A stretch of DNA of 64,000 bases from a virus (IMGVR_UViG_3300033149_002975:1-64000), one strand, 5' to 3'; counted from the first letter of the stretch, positions 9,149-18,539 are shown. Translations and numbers: made by a program. The notes: a model not told the origin generated them from the sequence alone.

Positions 9149-9829
9149 ATGAATACCGACACGTATTGGTTAATTATTCTTCAATTACTTATAGTTTGCG
9201 TTGAAATATTCACCCATTGGCGTGTAACATCTTCCAGACCTATAAGAAGAAAACACGGGTGTATGGCCGGATTGACTGTCCAATTCTTATGGTTGGTAGT
9301 TTTTGTTTGTGTCAAAACTTGGTATCTATTGCCTTTATTGGTTATTAATGGGTATATATGGCATAGGGGATACAAAAAGGCCAAATGGATCTCTGAACAT
9401 AATAGACGATCTGGCTACAGAATAAAGTTGTATATGAGTCATCCAATAAGGGGATCAAAAATTGATGAAGCGTCTTTGGAAATTCAGCTATCGAATTCAC
9501 AAAGGGCAAAAGATGCATCCTTTGAAATTATGACAAAAATTGAAGCTTTGGATATCTACACACCGGGAAATGCTGAGGATTTTGTTGGTCTAACATATTC
9601 CGAGGGTCTATTGACCGATAAACAAATATTAGATATTGATTGTAAAATACTAGATAAATGCGATGGTTTAATAGTTTATGATTTTGATAAATCAAAAGGT
9701 GTTGAAACCGAAGTTGCGTACGCAAAAAAACACAATATGCCGATTTTGAGATTTGAAAAATTGAATTCAAAAACCATAGATAGAATACAGAAATTCGTAA
9801 ACGATTTAATGTATATTAAGAAAGGATAA
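9149..9829 (+). CDS. N-terminal membrane domain fused to a nucleoside 2-deoxyribosyltransferase-like domain
   Basis: ~75 aa hydrophobic N-terminus; KLYMSHPIRG, DCKILDKCDGLIV, SKGVETEVAYA..HNMPI. Confidence 0.6.
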   Translation: MNTDTYWLIILQLLIVCVEIFTHWRVTSSRPIRRKHGCMAGLTVQFLWLVVFVCVKTWYLLPLLVINGYIWHRGYKKAKWISEHNRRSGYRIKLYMSHPIRGSKIDEASLEIQLSNSQRAKDASFEIMTKIEALDIYTPGNAEDFVGLTYSEGLLTDKQILDIDCKILDKCDGLIVYDFDKSKGVETEVAYAKKHNMPILRFEKLNSKTIDRIQKFVNDLMYIKKG

Positions 9830-9833
9830 CAAA

Positions 9834-10901
9834 ATGTCATATTCTCCTGAAATAAAGAAACAAATAATTGATAGTTTTGATCCAAACGAAATATCAATTG
9901 AAGAACATGCGAGAGAATGTAATATATCAACAAGAACGTTACGACGGTGGTTGAAAGGAAAAACCAATAAAATTATAACAAAAGAATCAGAACACCCAAT
10001 GCCAAATTTTCTGAAAGACCTTGGGAAAGAATATGACGTAATACGGGAATTGGGAAGACTGGCGGAAAGGGTAAAAGAACACGATAAGAAGGATAAAGAT
10101 TACTGTAAGATAGCAATAAAAACCAATAAACCAATAGCAGTAATAAAAGCCGCCGATCTCCACCTTGGTGGTTTAGACGTGGATTATGCATCATTGTTGG
10201 AACATTATAAATTTCTTCTTGAAGAACCAAATTTTTATCTGCAATTGTTTGGTGATGATATCAACTTGATGGTAATGCATAGAACTGTTGCTGCAAGACA
10301 CGATGCATTAACACCGGATGAACAAGCAAATTTATTGGTTGGAATAGTTAATGAATTGTTGGCCAAGGGCAAACTTTTAAGCATGGGTTGGGGTAACCAC
10401 GAAGAATTCACGGAAAGAAGTGCCGGGTTCAATCTAACAAAATTACTATTAAGTCATAAAGTTCCGTATTTTTCTGCTACCGGCTATATTGATCTGGTTA
10501 TCAATGATATAACATACCCAATGGCTTTTGCACATAAAACCAGATTTAATTCATTTACGAACGCCGTACACGGGAATAAAAGACTCGAACAAATGCACGC
10601 CCAATATTTCGGTGTAAATAGGCCGATTGCTCACGAATATATAACTGCACATACGCATTACCCGGCAGTGTCACACGAAGGCTGTTTGCCGGAAGAACGC
10701 ATTTGGTATATAAAATGTGGTACGTATAAAACCAATGATTTATATTCCAGAAGGTATTTCGGTAGTGGCAGAATAGGAACGCCGACCGTCGTATACCACC
10801 AGGACAGATTTGAACACATATGTTTCCCAACTCCATATGAAGCTTATCGTTATATGACTGGCCACGATTGGTCGGGACTTAAAAATTTAAAGAAAAAATA
10901 A
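9834..10901 (+). CDS. HTH + calcineurin-like metallophosphoesterase
   Basis: ARECNISTRTLRRW HTH; DLHLG, GDD, GNHE, H and HTH metal-binding motifs. Confidence 0.75.
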   Translation: MSYSPEIKKQIIDSFDPNEISIEEHARECNISTRTLRRWLKGKTNKIITKESEHPMPNFLKDLGKEYDVIRELGRLAERVKEHDKKDKDYCKIAIKTNKPIAVIKAADLHLGGLDVDYASLLEHYKFLLEEPNFYLQLFGDDINLMVMHRTVAARHDALTPDEQANLLVGIVNELLAKGKLLSMGWGNHEEFTERSAGFNLTKLLLSHKVPYFSATGYIDLVINDITYPMAFAHKTRFNSFTNAVHGNKRLEQMHAQYFGVNRPIAHEYITAHTHYPAVSHEGCLPEERIWYIKCGTYKTNDLYSRRYFGSGRIGTPTVVYHQDRFEHICFPTPYEAYRYMTGHDWSGLKNLKKK

Positions 10902-10938
10902 CAAAATTCGAGAAACAATAATATTAAAGGGATACAAA

Positions 10939-11193
10939 ATGAAAAAAGTTGAATTTAAAGCAATTACCGGCCCAGGACATACAGTTACTATTATTGTAAA
11001 TGCGGATATGGTTTGTATGATAGTTCCAGCGACTGTCGAGGGGGAGGTTGTTGGACCGGATAAAAAACCAATACCAAAATTGGTGGCGGGTTTAGATTTT
11101 GGAGTTAGAGTTATACCCGTGGATTGTTCGATTCAGGAAGCTACTGAAAAAATATTTGGTGAAGATGGATACACAAAACCACGGGTAGATTAA
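10939..11193 (+). CDS. Hypothetical protein
   Basis: ORF with AAAGGGA RBS. Confidence 0.6.
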   Translation: MKKVEFKAITGPGHTVTIIVNADMVCMIVPATVEGEVVGPDKKPIPKLVAGLDFGVRVIPVDCSIQEATEKIFGEDGYTKPRVD

Positions 11194-11198
11194 CAGAC

Positions 11199-11273
11199 AT
11201 TTCCTGTATATATTCCCATCTATTTCCCACGCCTCCGGTTGTGTGGGGATACATAAAAGCTATATTGGTATAT
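11199..11273. repeat. Dispersed 75-bp element, copy 1
   Basis: 72/75 identical to 19361-19435, including 53 bp exact. Confidence 0.9.
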
Positions 11274-11376
11274 ATACCCACAAACCTCCTGTCCGAACAA
11301 ACGTTAGGAACGTTACGAACGTTACCACCGGAATATATCCAAATATATAAAATTAATCGGGAATATGTGAAAAGAC

Positions 11377-11405
11377 TTGCACAGAGACTTTCCGTATATT
11401 ATAAT
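11377..11405 (+). promoter_or_regulatory. Sigma70-type promoter
   Basis: TTGCAC-17 nt-TATAAT upstream of the ATG at 11451. Confidence 0.7.
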
Positions 11406-11450
11406 TTATATAGAAAGAAGATAAAAATGTTAATAGAAAGGAAAGCCAAA

Positions 11451-11954
11451 ATGAATAAAAAATACGAAATTACGTCCGAAACAAAAATAGTAAACGGCGT
11501 TATACTTCACCGAATCAGGGCATTACGTGATTTTGGTAATGTGAAAGCTGGTGATTTGGGCGGTTGGATCGAAAAAACGGAAAGCTTATCCCATAATGGG
11601 AATTGTTGGGTATATGACAACGCCGAATTATATGGCGGTGCGCTGGTTGATTACGGTGCCAGAGTATATGGCAATGCCCAAATATTTGAGAACGCCCAGG
11701 TATTTGGTGAAGCCACAGTATATGGTAATGCCAAAATATATGGTAATGCCCAAGTGTATAACAGGGCTTGTGTATCCGGCGACGCTTTGGTGTACGGTAA
11801 CGCCTGGGTGCATGGTAACGCCTGGGTACACGACAATGCCCAGGTATTTGGTAATGCCCTGGTATTTGATAGCGCTGAGGTGTATGGCAACGCCAAAATA
11901 CGCGGTACCGCTTGGATATGTGGCAAAGACAAAGTACGTGGTGAATATGCATAA
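11451..11954 (+). CDS. Phage hexapeptide-repeat (VYGNAx) beta-helix protein
   Basis: LHRIRALRDFGNVKAGDLGGWIE followed by many VYGNA-type hexapeptide repeats; GAAAGGA RBS. Confidence 0.75.
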   Translation: MNKKYEITSETKIVNGVILHRIRALRDFGNVKAGDLGGWIEKTESLSHNGNCWVYDNAELYGGALVDYGARVYGNAQIFENAQVFGEATVYGNAKIYGNAQVYNRACVSGDALVYGNAWVHGNAWVHDNAQVFGNALVFDSAEVYGNAKIRGTAWICGKDKVRGEYA

Positions 11955-11978
11955 CACAATAAAAAGGAAAAAAATAAA

Positions 11979-12281
11979 ATGAGAATAACAAAAAATAATT
12001 ACAAATACCCGATTTTGGGTTTCATCTTCGAGTTTATCACAACATTTTGTGTATACTCGTGGATAATCTTTAAAATAACAATGAAAATTTCCTGGTTCAT
12101 CATTAAATGGACGTTCTTGATTTCCACGTGTATTCTTGGGGCATTTTTCGCTGCAAGTGCCGTTTACAATAGAATAATGGAAAATCAAGCAAGGCGTAAC
12201 ATACTTTCGGAAATGAACCGGCAAATATTACATGGAACATTCAACAGTGAATCAGCAAAACAATTCATGAGGATGAATTAA
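11979..12281 (+). CDS. Hypothetical membrane protein
   Basis: Long hydrophobic segment; AAAGGA RBS. Confidence 0.55.
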   Translation: MRITKNNYKYPILGFIFEFITTFCVYSWIIFKITMKISWFIIKWTFLISTCILGAFFAASAVYNRIMENQARRNILSEMNRQILHGTFNSESAKQFMRMN

Positions 12282-12282
12282 A

Positions 12283-12597
12283 ATGAAAAATAACAGATGT
12301 GGACTAATTGACCAGCCGACAGATGACGGGCGATGCGAAGTTAAAGTGTTAGACAGCAAAGGGTGGCATACACATAGATGTCCATTTAGGGCCAAAGTCA
12401 CCGTTGACGGTGTCCACTACTGTGGCAATCACGACCCGCTCAGAAGAGCAAAAAAACAAGAAGAAAAAAACGAGAGATGGAGAGAAAAGAAAAAAAAGCG
12501 TGAATATGAAATTTACGCAACCTTGTTTTGTAAAAAACAAAATTTAACTCTCAAAGATTTAATGAAAAAGATAGAAGAGTACGAAAATGCTAAATGA
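12283..12597 (+). CDS. Hypothetical Cys/His zinc-binding protein
   Basis: RC...RCPF...YCGNHDP. Confidence 0.55.
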   Translation: MKNNRCGLIDQPTDDGRCEVKVLDSKGWHTHRCPFRAKVTVDGVHYCGNHDPLRRAKKQEEKNERWREKKKKREYEIYATLFCKKQNLTLKDLMKKIEEYENAK

Positions 12598-12856
12598 CAA
12601 AGACAAACAAGAAATACAAAAATTAATAAACAAGTGCGACACCGCCGATGAAGTAATGTTTATTAACAATTTGTGCAAAATTAAATTTGATGTAATAGCC
12701 CTTGCAGCAACCGCATCATTCTACCCCGGCCTGAAAGTTTATTGGGGGAATGAATTAGAGGGTGTTGTAGAAAGCGTTGGTACAAAAAACGTAAAAGTCA
12801 ATGTGAATGGTGTGATGTGGAGGGTTGCAGCAACACTTTTGAGGACAGAAAAATGA
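12587..12856 (+). CDS. Hypothetical protein, SH3-like C-terminus
   Basis: GLKVYW...GVVESVGTKNVKV...WRVAATLL. Confidence 0.55.
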   Translation: MLNDKDKQEIQKLINKCDTADEVMFINNLCKIKFDVIALAATASFYPGLKVYWGNELEGVVESVGTKNVKVNVNGVMWRVAATLLRTEK

Positions 12857-13038
12857 ATTCAGAATTGACATATGAAGATGTAGTAGATGTTTTAGAATAT
12901 CTACCGGAAAGCAAGAAGGACGATAATCTACTAATACATTATATCACGCTGTTGGTTAATACATTTGGTAGATCGCAGGATTATCGTCCAATTTCGGGTA
13001 CCACACAAGTGAGCAAAAATAAAAGGGGACAAGAATGA
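12853..13038 (+). CDS. Hypothetical protein
   Basis: ATGA overlaps at both ends. Confidence 0.45.
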   Translation: MNSELTYEDVVDVLEYLPESKKDDNLLIHYITLLVNTFGRSQDYRPISGTTQVSKNKRGQE

Positions 13039-13370
13039 AAAATGGTAGATATGGGTTGATAAAATATTGGTGGACACTGTTCAAAATCAAGATATTACCG
13101 AAGATTGTTGGACGGACAATCAGATATGGCGTATTCAGCAAACGCACGCTACACAGGGATAGGCGTGGATACGTCGAAATTGGGGTCATAGTTGGTTCGT
13201 CTGGATTGTATGCTGGGGCACCACCAAACGAACTAATGATCGAAAATGTGTTTCCACTACAAGAAATTGACATGTGGAGACAAGTCATCAGAGAAACAAA
13301 CAAAACTAGGGATTTACCGTCATACGTCGGTAAAGCAAAAATCCGTGTTTACGGATTAGAGATTACATAG
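13035..13370 (+). CDS. Hypothetical protein
   Basis: ORF with AAAGGGG RBS. Confidence 0.5.
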   Translation: MKNGRYGLIKYWWTLFKIKILPKIVGRTIRYGVFSKRTLHRDRRGYVEIGVIVGSSGLYAGAPPNELMIENVFPLQEIDMWRQVIRETNKTRDLPSYVGKAKIRVYGLEIT

Positions 13371-13377
13371 AATAAAA

Positions 13378-13449
13378 CGCCCCGTAGTTTAATGGTTAGA
13401 ATCCCGGACCTTCAATCCGGTGATTTGGGTTCAATTCCCAACGGGGCGA
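13378..13449 (+). tRNA. tRNA-Glu(UUC), atypical C33, CCA not encoded
   Basis: Acceptor CGCCCCG/CGGGGCG, D stem GTTT/GAAT, anticodon arm CCGGA-CCTTCAA-TCCGG, 4-nt variable loop, T arm TTGGG-TTCAATT-CCCAA. Confidence 0.88.
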
Positions 13450-13476
13450 ATTAAAATTATGGAAAGGATAGTAATA

Positions 13477-13656
13477 ATGGAAACAATCTCTAAAATATTA
13501 ACAAAAATTGAAAAATCCTTAGGGCATTATGTACCAATTGGTGGTCCTGCCCCGCCATACATTAAAACAGACGATAAAACAATTCAAGAATGCCTTGGAT
13601 TATTACGACGTGAATTACAAAAACAACATTTAATTGAAAGGACCGATAAATGCTAA
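13477..13656 (+). CDS. Hypothetical protein
   Basis: GAAAGGA RBS before the ATG at 13477; the longer start at 13420 falls inside the tRNA. Confidence 0.5.
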   Translation: METISKILTKIEKSLGHYVPIGGPAPPYIKTDDKTIQECLGLLRRELQKQHLIERTDKC

Positions 13657-14183
13657 AATCAAAAATAAACCTTAATCAATACATGGACGTTATAAAATCT
13701 CACGCAAGGGTTGGGTACATAAAATTACGACACCCTTCTGTGTATTCAATTGATGATTTAGTACAGGAAGGTGTTTTAGTATTTTATCACGTATTCGATA
13801 TATACAGGGAAAACGGTCCGGCGGCATTTAGAACTTTACTGGTTCGGTCATTAAGAAATCATTATATAACAATGATGAAAAAATCTTTCAATCAGCGAAC
13901 CGGTTCAGATATCAAATCATCAGAATACCCAATAAATCACCCATTAGTCAGATATGCAGAACGTAGAAGAATAACTATGTCTGGGATGACGTCTGAAGAT
14001 ATTGTTGATTCAGAAGACAACATTTTAACGATTATGAATAAATTGAATAATAAAGAGAGAAATTATATACAATTAGTAATAAAATACGGCAGAAAATCCA
14101 CAAGGGGAATAATGCATATGTCGCTATTTATGGAAAACAAAATGCGAAAACGAATTCAAAATAAATGTAAAAACAACAATTAA
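13650..14183 (+). CDS. Second sigma-factor-like protein
   Basis: IDDLVQEGVLVF..FRTLL..LRNH region-2-like; LNNKER region-4-like. Confidence 0.6.
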   Translation: MLKSKINLNQYMDVIKSHARVGYIKLRHPSVYSIDDLVQEGVLVFYHVFDIYRENGPAAFRTLLVRSLRNHYITMMKKSFNQRTGSDIKSSEYPINHPLVRYAERRRITMSGMTSEDIVDSEDNILTIMNKLNNKERNYIQLVIKYGRKSTRGIMHMSLFMENKMRKRIQNKCKNNN

Positions 14184-14208
14184 AAGGAAATGATTCAAAG
14201 GGATAAAA

Positions 14209-14403
14209 ATGAGAACGGAAAATGAAATTAAGACCAAATTATCGGAAGCCCTGCAAGAAGCTAAACAGCTGCAAGGCAAAGAACGGGAGCTTGTAAACAT
14301 AGCAATAATGACATTGCAATGGGTGCTGAAACAACCGCTATTCAAGCCAGTTGCAATCAATACTGTAGAATTGGAAACCATTCTTGGCAACAGAATCCAA
14401 TAA
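14209..14403 (+). CDS. Hypothetical protein
   Basis: AAAGGGATAAAAATG start. Confidence 0.55.
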   Translation: MRTENEIKTKLSEALQEAKQLQGKERELVNIAIMTLQWVLKQPLFKPVAINTVELETILGNRIQ

Positions 14404-14409
14404 ACACCG

Positions 14410-14658
14410 ATGGCAAATAAAAATATTTTATTTGAAATACAAAAGGAGATAGAAAAGATGACGATGAATGTCGGAGATATAAGAAAGATCATTGAGGATG
14501 TTCCAGATAAAACACCGGTGATCGTTTGCTTCACCAAAGATAATTGGACATCCCACGATGTTAAGATCACATTTGAATCCGGAAATGAAGAAATAAAAGA
14601 CGTCTGTAACGAACCCACTCTTATCATTTGGGAAGGAACGGGTGCGTTAAGGTGGTGA
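14410..14658 (+). CDS. Hypothetical protein (alternative start 14458)
   Basis: Last ORF of the plus arm. Confidence 0.45.
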   Translation: MANKNILFEIQKEIEKMTMNVGDIRKIIEDVPDKTPVIVCFTKDNWTSHDVKITFESGNEEIKDVCNEPTLIIWEGTGALRW

Positions 14659-14827
14659 GGAAGAAAAAAACGATAAAGCAAATAGGTAAAGAATAACCGA
14701 TGATAGTTGCACAGGAATTGAGATTTTAAGAAAAGCCATAAACGTTCACCGGAAATCAAAATTAACTGAAAGATTACTTGGTTATAAGGTTGATGTAACC
14801 GAATTGCGGTTAATACCCTATATCATT

Positions 14828-15436
14828 TCAGATTTTAACGATTAATCCGTTTTTCCTAACTTCTCTTGATGCCTGATAATGGACAATTACCGGGTCGGTT
14901 ATGTGTTCCATCCTATCGAAAATTTTGCAATATTCACCAGGAATTTTAGTGTAATTACCATTTAAAACTTTTTCCAGCGATTTTTGATCCCAAACTCTTG
15001 GGTTGTTCTTACACTCCATTTCCCAACGTTTAACCAATTCAAGAACTGTCTGGTTATTTTTCAGGAAAACGGTACCACTCAAAACTTCAAATCCGTGTGC
15101 CGATTTTCTGTAACAAGATCTGTCAAAAATGTATACACCAACATTTACTGAAGGGTCAACGCTTAATCTTTCAAATAATTCTGGAAAATGCAAAAATTCA
15201 GCGTCACAATCAACATATATTACAGATTTTGGTTTATGTTTTTTCAACATTTCGTAGAGAAATGTTGGCTTGTAATTGGTGTTGGACCACCAATCGCCCA
15301 GATTTTTGATTGCCTGCACATCATATGGGATATTGAATTTTTTTAGGGAATTTATAAAAATTTTTGATTTTTCTTCATATATTGTATTTTTGGTATAATA
15401 ACCGACCACAATGAAATTATAAATTTTATTAAACAT
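14828..15436 (-). CDS. Nucleotide-diphospho-sugar transferase (GT-A)
   Basis: KP.F, VIYVDCDAEF (DxD), SGTVFL, WDQKSL, VIVHYQASR. Confidence 0.75.
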   Translation of the reverse strand: MFNKIYNFIVVGYYTKNTIYEEKSKIFINSLKKFNIPYDVQAIKNLGDWWSNTNYKPTFLYEMLKKHKPKSVIYVDCDAEFLHFPELFERLSVDPSVNVGVYIFDRSCYRKSAHGFEVLSGTVFLKNNQTVLELVKRWEMECKNNPRVWDQKSLEKVLNGNYTKIPGEYCKIFDRMEHITDPVIVHYQASREVRKNGLIVKI

Positions 15437-15782
15437 AATCAGCCCTTTTTCCTAATGATCGTTTCGTTTCTCTGAGTTGTTTTTCCAACTCAACAAGTCG
15501 TATACGTTCTAAACGCCGTTCCTTTGCTTCTTTAGGAGTTGGTGGAATTTTACTTTTTATCAAATCTCTTGTTGTTAATTTGTATTCTATTAATTTGTGA
15601 ACGATACTTATACCTTGGGAGAAAGCAGTTTCCAACAAAGGAATTAGCTTCTTAAGGACTTCCGGCTTATCCTGCATATTTAAAACTATAATATCGTATA
15701 TTTGCTGGTGAACTTCACAAATGGACATTTTCTTTTGAGAATATTTTCCTTTGTGCGTTTGAAAAATTTTACTATAAATCAT
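15429..15782 (-). CDS. Hypothetical protein
   Basis: Coupled ORF in glycosylation cluster. Confidence 0.55.
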   Translation of the reverse strand: MIYSKIFQTHKGKYSQKKMSICEVHQQIYDIIVLNMQDKPEVLKKLIPLLETAFSQGISIVHKLIEYKLTTRDLIKSKIPPTPKEAKERRLERIRLVELEKQLRETKRSLGKRADYV

Positions 15783-16501
15783 TATTCATTCCTTAAAGGG
15801 GGTGACCACATATTATAATCCGGTATACCAAATTTTTCATTCCATTCGGGAAAATCATTATGTTGTATGTAATAATTATTATTTTCTTTTAATGCCATCA
15901 ATTTTATTTTGTTATCTCTTCCACAGACTTCAACGGAAGAACGAAAATGCTTAACGGTAAAACAAAACGCTGGCATATCACGACCACAATCATTCAATTC
16001 ATAATATTCCCTCCACATATCAAAAAATCTAAACGAGACGTCGGATTTCTTAAACAAAAACGTCCCGGCAAAGACTCTTTCAATTGGGAATTTTTCTCCA
16101 AGTAATTTTGCCAATTTTCCATAGGTTTTTCTTTGTAAATCACTCTTTGGTTTGAATATGTGATAAAATTGACAAACAATATCCGAATTTTTAAGCAGAT
16201 TAAATATATTTTCGATTCCTGGTTTCTGTATTACTGAATCAGCATCCATATAAAGCACTTCATCAAATGGTATAAATTTAATCATAGATACCCTGATTTT
16301 TCTATTGTCTTTGTATGACAAAGGAAAATATCGAAAGGCAACATTAGAAACAGATTCCCAAACTGTATCACGCACTTTCATATTGGTTAATACATAAAAA
16401 GGCAAATCAGTAAACTTCCTGGAATAACGAGCGGTAGCCGCAGCCAGTTTATCATATTCTTCACCAAAAACAACAAAAGCTATGCATCTATTATTCATCA
16501 T
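15782..16501 (-). CDS. Glycosyltransferase (GT-A, GT8-like)
   Basis: PFDEVLYMDADS, AGTFLF, RDMPAF; paralog of 16491-17252. Confidence 0.7.
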   Translation of the reverse strand: MMNNRCIAFVVFGEEYDKLAAATARYSRKFTDLPFYVLTNMKVRDTVWESVSNVAFRYFPLSYKDNRKIRVSMIKFIPFDEVLYMDADSVIQKPGIENIFNLLKNSDIVCQFYHIFKPKSDLQRKTYGKLAKLLGEKFPIERVFAGTFLFKKSDVSFRFFDMWREYYELNDCGRDMPAFCFTVKHFRSSVEVCGRDNKIKLMALKENNNYYIQHNDFPEWNEKFGIPDYNMWSPPLRNE

Positions 16502-17252
16502 CTATATTTACTTTTTTCCAAAACCCAAATTTTTTATTATCAAACGGTTTCCACTCTTTATGTCTAGGTATTTTAAAATGACGAAAAAATTCCGGTCCAC
16601 ATCTGTGTTGTATAATTGCTTCTGATTGTAACTTTTTATATGCAAATATTTTATCATTCTTAAATACTGTTTTTACTGTATTTAAATTTGAATTTTTGAC
16701 GGCACACGCCAACGCTGGCATATCCCTATTACACCCACTTATTTTCCAGTATTTATTCCACAGATCAAAGAATTCTATGAGCTTTTGGTTCTTGTGAAAG
16801 GCAATAAAAGCACTACAATAAATTTCTAATGGTAATTTTGTTCCAGTTTTAACAACTGCATTTTTATATAATTGAAAAAATTTTTCACCAACATTCCAAT
16901 TCCCCCAGTGTTCCATAACGATATCATTTTCACCCAACATATCAAACACTTTTTCAATTCCTTCATTTTGAATAACCAAATCACAATCCAGAAATATTGT
17001 TGAATCAAATGGTGAATAATGTATCATTGAAGTTTTGATTCCCCTATTCATTTCTAATGGTAAATCAATGTACTTAAATTCTATATCTGGAACTTCTGAC
17101 CATCTGTGGTAACGTTTATCGGAATGTATATTTGATAAAACCAAAATTGGAAGCGACGTAAATTTTCTGGAGATAGCAATTGTACGTGCAGCCAATTTAT
17201 CGTATTCTTCACCAAAAGCTATAAATAATAATCCTCTATTGTTACCAGTCAT
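16491..17252 (-). CDS. Glycosyltransferase (GT-A, GT8-like)
   Basis: SPFDSTIFLDCD, RDMPAL; shares FGEEYDKLAA with its neighbour. Confidence 0.7.
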   Translation of the reverse strand: MTGNNRGLLFIAFGEEYDKLAARTIAISRKFTSLPILVLSNIHSDKRYHRWSEVPDIEFKYIDLPLEMNRGIKTSMIHYSPFDSTIFLDCDLVIQNEGIEKVFDMLGENDIVMEHWGNWNVGEKFFQLYKNAVVKTGTKLPLEIYCSAFIAFHKNQKLIEFFDLWNKYWKISGCNRDMPALACAVKNSNLNTVKTVFKNDKIFAYKKLQSEAIIQHRCGPEFFRHFKIPRHKEWKPFDNKKFGFWKKVNIDDE

Positions 17253-17836
17253 AACATTTCTTTAAAATTGTACAGTTTCTCATTTTCGTCCAAATGTATG
17301 TTTGTTTTGGATTTGTGGGAAAGTTTTAAAAATTCCCCCAATTTTTTCAACATCTGTTCTTTTTGTGGAGATACGAATTTATTATGATGCAATTTTATAT
17401 AAAGACAATCAATTTTATCCAAAATTTTAATTAAAGCTGGCATTAAATCATATTCACCACCTTCAATATTCATTTTAACGAGCACAAAATCATCTATGTT
17501 TATGTTATTGTCAAACCAATCAACAATATTTATGCTGTTGACTTCCAAATAAGTATCATACGATATTCTACCGGTTGTTTTGCCAAATATTGTTGTACAA
17601 CCCTGGCCCCGTTTTGATTTCGGGGTATAAATCTTTGTTTTTCCATTTTGATAACTAACAACCGCCTTAATACAAGACACATTGTTATATTTACCACAAT
17701 TGGATACCAATCTATCATATTCTACTGGTTCAAAACTGTATATGGTCCAGTCTTTGGCATCTGCGATTTGATTATAAAATTGATTGATACTTTGGCCGGT
17801 ATTTCCACCGATATCAACAAATACTTTTCTTTTCAT
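17249..17836 (-). CDS. FkbM-family SAM methyltransferase
   Basis: FVDIGGNTG, IYSFEP, VKMNIEGGEY. Confidence 0.8.
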   Translation of the reverse strand: MKRKVFVDIGGNTGQSINQFYNQIADAKDWTIYSFEPVEYDRLVSNCGKYNNVSCIKAVVSYQNGKTKIYTPKSKRGQGCTTIFGKTTGRISYDTYLEVNSINIVDWFDNNINIDDFVLVKMNIEGGEYDLMPALIKILDKIDCLYIKLHHNKFVSPQKEQMLKKLGEFLKLSHKSKTNIHLDENEKLYNFKEML

Positions 17837-18539
17837 CCCGTCTTTCCTTTAGTAGTGGTATTAAAATGTTTTTAAATACATATTCTCGTCTTTCTCTTAG
17901 TTCTTTATCCGCTCTCCATATTCTGCAGATTTCTGGTCCTTCGGATTTACACGGTCTTAACCACCTATCCCCACTTTTTATCCTAATAATCGGCAAATTA
18001 TTTTTGTGTGCGAGGATAGAAAACCACAGATCCCTTGAATAAATATCAGGAAAATCAGCCAATGTTGGTCTCATTCCATCTGTGTGGAATAAAGAACACC
18101 CAGCCCCTGCAATATCCATTTCTCGATCGCGATCACTCTTCCAAAAGAATCCTATAGCGTATCTTCCTTTGTTGTATCTGGTAAATGGGCGTTTTGCAAT
18201 TTCTCCATATAAAGTTATAATCGCTTTATTGTTATACTCTTTAATTTTTGGAATTAATGTTGAAACATAATCTGGTGGAAAAATGATATCATCATCACAG
18301 GTAAAAACATATCCGTTAACACCACCCATTGCCAACCACACAGAATTGGAGGTGTATTTATCCGGGGTATTTAAAAACGGAATAATCTTTTTTCTGTCTT
18401 TAACCCAATCAGGAATTGCAGTAAAATCATTAAATACCATTCTTACTTCGTCAACTTGTTCATAAATGGTATCCACAACTCTACGCAGATTATTGATCCT
18501 TTGTGGTATGGTAGTCATCAGTGCGTAAATTTTATCCAT
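17814..18539 (-). CDS. Glycosyltransferase (GT2-like)
   Basis: TTIPQR, FTCDDDIIFPPDYV, GAG, DLWFS. Confidence 0.7.
   Translation of the reverse strand: MDKIYALMTTIPQRINNLRRVVDTIYEQVDEVRMVFNDFTAIPDWVKDRKKIIPFLNTPDKYTSNSVWLAMGGVNGYVFTCDDDIIFPPDYVSTLIPKIKEYNNKAIITLYGEIAKRPFTRYNKGRYAIGFFWKSDRDREMDIAGAGCSLFHTDGMRPTLADFPDIYSRDLWFSILAHKNNLPIIRIKSGDRWLRPCKSEGPEICRIWRADKELRERREYVFKNILIPLLKERRDEKKSIC

Noticed and set aside
11241-11450. 70 aa N-terminal extension in the ORF track
   Set aside because: Runs through the repeat and promoter; the RBS supports the ATG at 11451
11515-12224. Several overlapping alternative-frame and antisense ORFs over the hexapeptide gene
   Set aside because: By-products of the 18-bp coding periodicity; no RBS support
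14124-14759. 211 aa minus-strand ORF
   Set aside because: Antisense to plus-strand genes that have good RBSs
14796-14812. TAACCG/CGGTTA hairpin at the convergence of the two arms
   Set aside because: Only 6 bp and no clear U-tract; too weak to call a terminator
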